A stretch of DNA of 55,193 nucleotides, filler included, from Catajapyx aquilonaris (Eukaryota), in assembly GCA_000934665.2 (NCBI GenBank). It is 4 parts of 4 records of this genome, joined end to end, with 100 filler letters (N's around TTAATTAATTAA, not from the genome) between each part and the next. Parts side by side here need not be neighbours in the genome. Positions count along the whole stretch, not along the records: positions 41,472 to 55,193 come from JYFJ02008009.1; 3 more parts are not named here. One strand, given 5' to 3'. The notes beneath the pieces are model-generated. The model ran no database searches. It had not been told where the DNA came from and was given only the letters and a program-made list of their open reading frames with translations. Of this stretch, positions 46,036-55,193 are shown piece by piece. Each line of letters starts with the position of its first letter. Positions within the stretch are counted from its first letter, which is position 1. A program made the position numbers and the translations under genes.

Positions 46036-49000
46036 ATGTTGGGTCTCAGCAGCTTTGTGTTACTGATGATGGTGCCTGTAACTTACGGTAATTTGGTAAG
46101 TAAGACCGCACATACTCTTTAAATTATTGTTACATTGCGTTCATTTAATCGTTTATTTGTACGTACTTTCGTTCATTCGTTCGTTCGTTAGTTCGCATGT
46201 TCGTTTGTTCGTAGGTCCGTACGATTCGTTCGTATGTTCGCATGTTTGTTCGTTTGTTTGTTTGGTTTGTATGTTCGTCTTTTCGTTAATATTTGTTTGT
46301 ACGTAGGAACATTCAGGCGTATGTTTGTTCATTCATTCGTTTGTTTAACGTCCTTGTTTGTTTGTTTGTTTGTTCGTAAGCTTGTTTGTTTAATTTGTTC
46401 TTCGTATGTGTGTTTATATGTTTGTTCGTGTGTATACGTGAGTTCGTTCGTTGATTAGTTCGCGTGTTGTGTTCGTTCTTTTGTTTGTTTGTTTTTGTTA
46501 GTACGCACGTGCGTTCGTTCGTTTCTTCATTTGTTGGTTAGTTCGTACGTTCTTTTGTTTGTTAGTTTATTCGTACTCACGTGCGTTCGTTCGTTTCTTC
46601 GTATGTTCGCATGTTGTGTTCGTTCTTTTGTTTGTTTGTTTGTTTGTACGCACGTGCGTTCGTTCGTTTCTTCGTTTGTTGGTTAGTTCGTACGTTCTTT
46701 TGTTAGTTTGTTCGTTTTAGCCGTACGTTTCTCAGTATGTTTGTTCATTCATTCGTTTGTTTACCTTGCTCGTTCGTGCGTTTGATCGTGTGCTTGTTTG
46801 TTTGTTCGTTTGTTTGTTTGTTTGTTTGTTTAACGTGATCTTCGTATGATAGTTTATGTTTGTTTGTTCGCATGTTTGTCAGTATTTGCGTATGTTCGTT
46901 CGTTTGTCTGCTTAACCTGTTCTTGTTCGTTCGTTCGTTTGTAGGTGAACGTGTCTGTGTCGACATCACAAGATGACCTGCTATTGCTGGATCTTGTGTC
47001 ACACATCCTGGAGGACCATTATCCAGAGTGTCACCTGAGCATGGACACAGACACCTTCATAGGTCCGTCTCTGCAGAAGGTGTTTCCTCACCAGCAGAAC
47101 AGGTATCGTCCTGTCCTGGTTGGCCGGATGGATCCGACATTCAGCGTGTCCCATCAGGACTACGGGACAATCTGGAAGGATGAACAGCTGTACTCCTTCA
47201 GGACAATGCCTGTGGAGTTGAAGAGCGACGCATGGCACGGGGGAAGGTGCAGTCTGATGTTCCTGCTGACCTGTGACAATGCACGGAACCTGACACTTCA
47301 CGCTGTCAGCACCTTTAGGTTCAGGAATCTGATCGACCCTCTTCTGGTACACACCACGAACCCGGACCACAACCCAGGTCGCATCCTCCTGACAGATCCG
47401 CTGAACGGAGTCACCTTCAAACTTCTGTCACACCAATCAGGCAAGACGCTGAAGCTGCACAACGTCTGCTACCATTGTCACAGTCCCGAGCATCAACTGA
47501 ATCAGCCAATCACGTATCCGCTACAACAATACTTGGAGACGGACCTGATGTTTCCTGAGCCTGCACGCAACCTGTACGGAAGGAAGTACGACGTGGCTCA
47601 CTTCGAAGAGGTGGACCTGGAAGGTGCTCGTACCAGAGTCAAGGATTCGCTAGGTCTGGTATCGCTGGAGGAGTTCAGCCTTCTGGAGATGGAGAAGATC
47701 TGGAACCTGTCAATTCGAGCCTACGTGGCCGACTTTGCACTGTCAGAGTTCACGGAGAACGGGTCGTACACTGGGTTCACAGCCGACCTGGTGTACGGAA
47801 GGGCCGGTGCATCGATGGTGCAGTACTTCACCAGCACATCGATCAAAGCCACGTCCACTTACTACCCACACATCTACCTGCACTTCTCCTTCATCACAAG
47901 GCATCCAAGACCTGATATCAAGTGGTACATCATGGCCCAACCGTACAATGCAGGGGCGTGGACCGGGATATTCAGCACCATCGTCGTGTGTGCCACCATC
48001 AGCTATGTGCTGGAGAAGGCTGAAAGACGTCTGTCACTGAGGTTCGTTGTATACACACTTCGTTGGCTACACTTTCGTATCGGAAGACCCCGCTGAATGC
48101 TAGGGGTGTATCCGCTGAGGGCTAGGGGTGTATCCGCCGGGGGAAGGTTAGGTCATGGGGTAGGTTGGTGCAGCGTGCCCCTACCCCTGCCACATTAGGA
48201 CTCCCATTACGAAAGTCATTCGTCTCGCTCATGCAATCTATGTGAGGGATATGGTACTACGCTCACTCGACTTTCTATTATATTCTAGAAATGGTCGGGT
48301 GTCGTCGTGCCTGGGGAAGGTTCGAGGCATTCTTCGAGAGCTGATGGAGCAGACGGTACCGCCCTCTCCGTACGCATCGGTCCGTTCGTTCTACTCCTAC
48401 GTGCTCCTCTTCTCGATCGTGATATCGTGTCTGTACAAGGCCAAGATCGTGTCTCTGCTGACCTTCCCAGAGACCGAGGTCCTTCCCAGCACCTTTCGAG
48501 AACTGCATGCGTCCAAGATGCCTTTGGGTACGTCGATGGAGATGAAGATCATACTCGGGTACGTACGTGTGACTGAGCCTATTAGGAGAAAGATACGCCC
48601 ACTTTAGTGCCAACCCTGTAAGCTGCGCGAACTGTGGTGCGCACTCGGTTGCGTTCGTAAAAAAAAACAGATTGGCAAATCACGCTAGCGTGATTCGAGT
48701 ATACTTTTTCTCATTGTCAAGGAAATTCTAATTTGACAACAATGACATAGATGTTGTCCGTCTGATTTCTAGTTTCCAAGGGAACCCCAAATGACACCGG
48801 CCTGTATAGGCTTGACCTTGGCGGATAGAGTGAACCCGGTAAACCGGAAGTGCCCGGTCGCCGAAAGTTGACCAAGAAACCCATTTTGGTCACCCTGAAT
48901 CCGAATCCGAAAACAGTTTGTCTCTATCTCTTGCAGTTTAGCAGCTCTGATACCTGTCCACAGACGGACGGACAGCCGTTCTATAATACTTTTTTTGTTG

Positions 49001-50045
49001 AGAAAAATTCTAAAATTTCATATAATGACCATGAGAGTGGCAGGAAGCGCCATCTATGTTATCGATAGTAAAACTAGCAGCAGAGTCCGTTCTTCGCACG
49101 GCATATTTCCATGGTTTGATGCCATGGTGAACTGTTACTGTTGCCATGGACCAAAAAAAAACTTTCCCTTATTATGTAAACTATTGCTCTTCGTTCTTCG
49201 CACGGCCTGTTTCCATCATTTCATGCCATGGCAATATGTTGCCATGGTAATGTTGCCATGGACAAACAAGGAAGCCAGCCAACCAGCTTCGTCTTTTATG
49301 CGTAGGCCTACATGCAAGAGTGGCCAACTGTGGGGCGGTAGAAGGGAGGGAGGGAGGGGGAGGAAAATGGAACAAACAGGCAAACTTTGCCTGCTATATA
49401 TATTATGTATCTTTTCTATTATGTAAGAGTAGCCAACTGCGGGGAGGGGGAGTGAACAAACCGACAAACTTTGCGTTATATATATTGCATAACATATATT
49501 GTCCACACAATTTCAGGTACGGCGTCGAGAAGAGCGGTCTGAAGTACCTGAAGGAAATGTACGACAGTTCAGAAACGGTGTCCAATTTCCCTGAAGGCTT
49601 CGAGCGTGCCATGGACGAGGACTTTGCTTGCGTGATGCCCGACTACATCTTCAGGAGGGACAGAGTCATGTTCGTGGACCACAAGGGGAACCTGAAGGTC
49701 CGATGGAGTCCTGAGAAAGCGTTTCCGTCATACACTGCACCAGCTTTCCCCAACGACGAAGTACCGTTCGAGAAGGCACGAAGACTCATACTCAGAGACA
49801 GGGAATGCGGATTCGTAGAGAGGAACGAGAATCTTCTGAGTCACATGAAGTTCCTGAGGTACTACGGAAGGGCAAGGAAGCAGGCTTTGAAGGACGATGC
49901 GATGAACAGCGATGGACCGTTACTGTCGCTGTACCAGGTATCGCCCATACTGGACATGTGGGTCGGAGGCTTGCTGGTGTCGTCCATAGCATTTGGATTT
50001 GAGCTGTCTGGAAAGCGTTTGTGCCTCCGTTTGTCCAGGGCATGA
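46036..50045 (+). CDS. Divergent ionotropic receptor (IR, iGluR-related chemoreceptor), ~651 aa; exons 46036-46095, 46945-48041, 48289-48558, 49517-50045
   Basis: Signal-peptide exon; ENGSYTGFTADLVYGRA (S1), FSFIT..P, QPYNAGAW (pre-M1), ELMEQ, SIVISCLYKAKIVSLLTFP (M2/M3), PSTFREL, RECGF, LSLYQV...W..GL..S..AF.FE (last TM). All junctions are GT-AG and phase-compatible. Confidence 0.88.
46140..46940. repeat. Complex (GTTC/GTTT)n microsatellite filling IR intron 1
   Basis: Direct reading. Confidence 0.9.
48660..49490. mobile_element. Rolling-circle-type non-autonomous fragments in IR intron 3 (HINE-like about 48660-49070; Helitron-like 49073-49490)
   Basis: ACAGACGGACGGACAG microsatellite with CCCTGAATCCGAATC; ACTAG followed by hairpin-like CCGTTCTTCGCACGG; ACAAACTTTG...TATATAT end. 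These are typical non-autonomous Helitron signatures. Confidence 0.5.
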
Positions 50046-50117
50046 CCGCCACGTACGGTACTGTACATCTGCACATCATAATAAATGTGTTACATCTTGG
50101 TTACATACATGTTGCGG

Positions 50118-50468
50118 CATAAGAGGCGCAAACATTCGATTTCCGCGTCTCTCTGTTTGGGGGCGTGGTGATGGCTGGCGGCCATTTTGAAGTGTGGGGA
50201 ACGCCAACGAGGTATAAATAGGGTACAGGCAAAAATATGGTCCGCCATCTTTGATTCACGCGTGTTCTTGCCGTGTAGTTGCTATGGCCGCCAAAACCAT
50301 CAAAGATGGCGGACCCTATTTTTGCCTGTACCCTATTATTTATACCTCGTTGGCGTTGCCCACACTTCAAAATGGCCGCCAGCTTTGGCAACAGCCCCCA
50401 AACAGAGAGACGCGGACATCAATGAAGTTTGCGCCTCTTATGTATAGCCTAGTATAATATGCTCCCTG
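50118..50468. mobile_element. Family B palindromic MITE with truncated left TIR
   Basis: CATAAGAGGCGCAAAC...GTTTGCGCCTCTTATG...TATGCTCCCTG, flanked by a long direct duplication. Confidence 0.8.
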
Positions 50469-50792
50469 GCATGACCGCCACGTACGGTACTGCACATCTG
50501 CACATCATAATAAACGTGTTACGTACATGTTGCGGCACTTTGTACGTATTGATTCAGACACTTTCGTTGTAAATAAATGATGGTGGTATATCCCACTGCA
50601 GTTTTATTGTACGGAAGCGTATGTACCGGTACTTGTCGTATAATTTATGACAGTCTGCCAAGTACATCGATTTGTGGACGTTGCATGTTTACGCATTCCC
50701 AACGCTACTGAAGGGTTACATATAATTAATGAGTCCATCAGCATAATGGACCTATACGGAGTCAATATGTGGTCAGTTCGTGTCCAGTCACG

Positions 50793-52125
50793 ATGCTGAC
50801 CAGATGGACCGCGTTTCGTCCGGTGACCATCTCAGGTGTGGTGTCCGGATTCTTCCCGTGTCCATGTCCGGACAGGTGTTGGGACAACCCGAAGTGGTAC
50901 TGGCGATGGCCTGCATTGGCCAACGCTGGTTTACTGATATTGTACGTGGTCACGTTTGTCTGCAACAAGCCCATGCAGATCACCATGGTTTTGGTGACAT
51001 ACGGAGCCACAGAGCGGGTCATATACTTCGTGTTGTACCTGGCTCTATTCGGTGGGTCAACTGGCATATTTGGGTTCATGCAGGTCAAGAGTCGGAAGAT
51101 ATGCGGGTTGGTACGAAAGGTAGCGGAGGTCAGCCAGTGTCCGAAAGAGTGGAGACTGGACAGACTGGGGGTCATCCTGGTGTCCATTGCGGTCACTTTA
51201 ACGCTGCTGCAAGTGGGCAGTTCGGTATCTGACCTGTTCTTGTACGGCGTTGATTGCGATATGTACTGCGTGCTGTTCATAATCGCGAATGGACACTGCT
51301 CAATGTTCGTGTACATGTTTGCGTCCCAAGTGGCGTTTCTGTCCTGTGTGGTCTGCAGGGTTCTGGACGCTGTCAACAAGGACGTGTCGGACATGTGCGA
51401 CAAGTGCAATACGGACAATGGCAGCAGGAGCATTGTGGACAAGTTTAGAGAGCTGTCGGACAGAGTACGGGTCGGGTATGACCTGGTGGAGTGCATGAGC
51501 GACGTGTACGGGACGCACTTGGTGATCATGTACCTGACATTTCTTTTGTGGACCACCAGCATGATCTTCTACGTTATTGTCACAGGGTTTAGTCCGGAGA
51601 GTATCGTAAGCGTTGTGACTGTTGCGGTACAGGTCCTGTGCATCGGTGTGTCGATGTCGTCCTTCACTGTTGTACTGGGCAGGATTCCCAGAGTGGTACG
51701 GTTGTTACATTACTCTTATTAGAAACCGAACTGTAATCCTCTTAATTGTTGCAGGCTACATCTTCGCTGAAGGACCTGATCCGTGTGAGCCCCATGATCA
51801 CAAACGAAGACTTTCAATCGCAGGTCATGCTCGTACTATTTTTTTACACTTTGTACTGTAAGTACGAAGCTAATAACCTCTCTTCGATTCAGATTCAGGC
51901 TTTGATCCTGCAGATGACCAGATCTTCTCCTGTGGAGGTCACTGCTGGAAACTTCTTTTCCATTAACCGCGGACTGTTGACCTCGGTAAGAGATATTTAC
52001 GAAATATAATTCCTGGAAATATAATAACACATATTTTGGTGAAGATTGCAGGTGCTGTGACTACTTACCTGATTGTGCTGGCTCAGTTCAAGGGAGCTGA
52101 ACAAGGGAAAACTGCATCGTCCTGA
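50793..52125 (+). CDS. Gustatory receptor (7tm_7 family), 381 aa; exons 50793-51695, 51755-51823, 51893-51985, 52045-52125
   Basis: Multi-TM long first exon plus three short phase-0 3' exons; TAGNFFSINRGLLTS|IAGAVTTYLIVLAQF is the GR TM7 signature. Confidence 0.9.
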
Positions 52126-52456
52126 GTGTGACAAGAGGACGACAATGTGTGACAAACACTCTGCATTGTCCGACATGGCATTTATTTGATACATTGCGGG
52201 TTTCATCAATATACAGCAGACGGTGCATTGCATAATGTGTGTTTTGTGGGTGGGTATACATCGAACAAGGGCTGGATATCCGATAACTCCACATGGAAAG
52301 TCGGTTTTGTTAGGTGAAGTATACTTTATGAATGTAAGGTGGAACTACTCGTTAATAAAGATTGATTAATGCAGTTGGACAGTAGGAAGGCCGAGTATTA
52401 CATAAGCATACTTAATTCACAGTTTGTACACTGTATGCTAATGAAACATAATTCAA

Positions 52457-54301
52457 TTAAGTGACACTGCAGTTTCCAGCTGTTGTGGGGGAATCTTCTG
52501 ATCGTCTGAACTGCGCCAGGACTATGATGTATGTTGCGATTGCTCCTGCCATCTGAGGATATAATTAGTGCTAATTACTGCATGTTTATTGTAATGTAAA
52601 TCATGTACTTACAGAAGTAAGCAGTTTCCGGTCAATGGCGAAAAAGCTTGCAGCCGTGACTTGAACTGGAGGTCCGCTCATTTGACTGATTAAAGACTTC
52701 ACCTGAGGAATAATCAGGATCAGTGGATTGGACTAAATAAATTAACATGAACTTAATTAAGATGCACCTGGTTCCGACAGGTTGGAGTCAGGCTGTCAAG
52801 TTGAACCCGAATCAAGTCCTTCTTAGATGTGGTTGCCTGAAATTGACACATTCACGTAATGCTTTTTAACATCCGTTTTATTACATCACAAGTACGCCTG
52901 TGCGATATCCGAAATTGCATATCGACTTTCGATACTTAAAAATAACGAATCGAAGTCGATATAATTATCGAAAATCGAAAAACCGACATCGAACCGACAT
53001 CGAAAAATATCGAAAACCGACATCGAAAAATATCGAAACCCGACATCGAAAAATATCAAAACCCGACATCGAAAAATATCGAAAACCGGCATCGAAAAAT
53101 ATCGAAACCCGACATCGAAAAATATCGAAAACCGACATCGAAAAATATCGAAAACCGACATCGAAAAATATCGAAAACCGACATCGAAAAATATCGAAAA
53201 CCGACATCGAAAAATATCGAAAACCGACATCGAAAAATATCGAAAACAAATATCGAAAATATCGAAAATCGGCATCGAAAAATATTGAAATCCAATATCG
53301 AAACACATCGCACATGCCAAGCGTCGGATATCGCAACTGCGATATTATGAAAATATCGTATCGACATTCGATGTGTAAAACTATCGCACAGCCCAATCAC
53401 AAGCACTAACCTTCTCCGGTATGTCTCCAACCAGACATGTGCCCACATACACCATCACCAGTTTAGAAGCTGCCAGAACCACAATCCTCAGCAGCAACAT
53501 CCCGTCTCCGTCGTCCACGGACAGGAATTCAATTACAATGAAGACTGAAACTATGATTTCCCAGACCCAGGACACGAAGCAGATGCAGATGGAAACACCG
53601 TACTCCTGGGACAATCTTCCGGTCAGGTCGCACAGTTCGAAGTACATCTTTCCTGGTGCTCCAAATGGATTGTCGTGCTTGGACAACGAAGAGGTGTCAT
53701 GTGTGCCAAACACTGTGTTCAATCGGCGACAACTTGATGTGATCGAGTCGTTGACCCGTTTGAATCCTCGTTTGATGGAAATGGAGGCGTACAGCAACTG
53801 ACTCGGGATCATGTTACGGATCATGATGGACTGCCATATAATTATTCTGGGAATGATGACTTCCGCCGAGTATTGTGCGACTAAGAGAACATAAAGCAGG
53901 GCATCCAGACATGCGAAAAGTACAATCCGCCATTCAATCTTTCGAATGGCCAGATCCCCAGCGTTTACTTGGGTCAATTGATCCAAAATCATGGATCGCC
54001 TCTTCACATTGAAATTGGCGACCACGAAATTGATCCAAGGCAACATACCTAATGCTATGCCGTGTAAAATGACAGAATATATCATGGTTTCAGACTGACC
54101 AAATTCATGGTCAGGTTCTTGGTTGTTAGTTGCAGTATGAACCGCAGCCAGGATCAAGCCAATCAGCAGACAAATGTTGAAGGCGCATGTCCACCTCTTG
54201 AGGATCCAGTGGCATGATGCAAATGGCCATGGAAATATTCCGAGTGACACAGACACTGCACGTATCGGACCCAAAGAAACAAGCCTTTTCGTTGGGACCA
54301 T
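52457..54301 (-). CDS. Gustatory receptor (7tm_7 family), 381 aa; exons 54301-53411, 52836-52768, 52702-52613, 52552-52457
   Basis: TAASFFAIDRKLLTS|MAGAIATYIIVLAQF; same intron positions and phases as the convergent paralogue. Confidence 0.9.
52893..53395. mobile_element. hAT-like MITE carrying a 23-bp minisatellite (CCGACATCGAAAAATATCGAAAA)n, in a GR intron
   Basis: Perfect 8-bp TSD ATCACAAG (52885-52892, 53396-53403); inverted ends CTGTGCGATA/TATCGCACAG. Confidence 0.8.
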
Positions 54302-54578
54302 TTTGTGCCCAGGTCAGATCCGGCTGACCATTCCCATCAGAATGCCAGACACGGTCGCACATCTGGACAACACCTTTTCTAAACACTATGAATGGCATGC
54401 CATATATATTACCTGACACTGTGTACTCTAAAAGAAATGTGTACAAATCGCATTTGCTTTAAGGGCAAAATAATATGACATCTCACAATGAATCATTCAG
54501 GCTGACATGAGTATTGGACATACAATGCAAAGCAAATCAATATTATACTCGTACAATGAAAGGTGGGACTAATTCCCA

Positions 54579-54579
<1 letters not shown>

Positions 54580-54672
<93 letters not shown>
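54580..54672. repeat. (ATT)n(GTT)n compound microsatellite
   Basis: Direct reading. Confidence 0.95.
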
Positions 54673-55193
54673 ATGTGCACTGTTTTCCAACTACAGGAAG
54701 CAATATAGAAAATAATATAATCCAGTTAAGTAACAGTGCTGTCTCCAGATGCTGAGGAGGTAGAATATAATTACAGGCAAATCAATACAGTGTTTAAGGT
54801 TTCCTATTCAATTTTGAAGGAGTGGCCGAACCGTGAGAGAGAAATGAATCGAACTAATAAAATAATATTCATTGAAAATCTGTGCAAAATTAAGTGGGAC
54901 TGTATTTGTGGCATTATTTATGTTGTGGTGGTAGAATTGCAGCTGGGTGTTTCGGATCCCTTGAATTGCACCAGGACTATCAGGTACGTCGTAATTGCAC
55001 CGGAGTGATTCTGGCTGCAACTTCCAGCTGCAATACCCTAGAACGTCAGGGGTACCAACTTAGCCATTCACGCGAAATAATTACGCAATTATTACGCGCA
55101 AACCTCATCTCCAAAGTTAAATTTGATAAGTGTATATTGCGTGGCTATCGTTGTTCCACAAGCCCGCGTGACGACTGTCGGAGGTAAATGATT

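Noticed and set aside
46234..47002. Hydrophobic ORFs at 46234-46686 and the antisense TNK-rich ORF; also poly-N/I/V ORFs at 54493-54708
   Set aside because: Microsatellite translations.
52886..53448. Repetitive ORFs and a CRISPR-like periodic array
   Set aside because: Units are contiguous 23-mers with no unique spacers and no cas genes. It is a minisatellite in a MITE, and the ORFs are artefacts.

Overview
Eukaryotic (arthropod) draft-genome sequence, not one locus. Four unrelated contigs of near-identical length (1-13729, 13830-27551, 27652-41371, 41472-55193) are joined by artificial 100-bp linkers (44N-TTAATTAATTAA-44N). Contig 1 is almost all nested MITEs/SINEs plus a degenerate duplicated block. 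Contig 2 holds a THAP-bearing Kolobok-type deletion derivative, a near-intact intron-containing Sola1-like transposon apparently inside an intron of a BC-box/LRR gene, TAF1C, ARL14EP and the start of a pogo/Tigger element. Contig 3 holds the 5' exons of a Gyc76C-type receptor guanylyl cyclase and SINEs. Contig 4 holds a small acidic orphan ORF, a second BC-box/LRR gene, a divergent ionotropic receptor and two convergent gustatory receptors. I see no convincing wholly new multi-gene system. The best leads are the BC-box/Cul2-box LRR family, the young transposons, a recurring AGCTGHTAATTA promoter motif and a long MITE-associated duplication at the IR 3' end. All family assignments come from motif recognition by eye; no searches were run.
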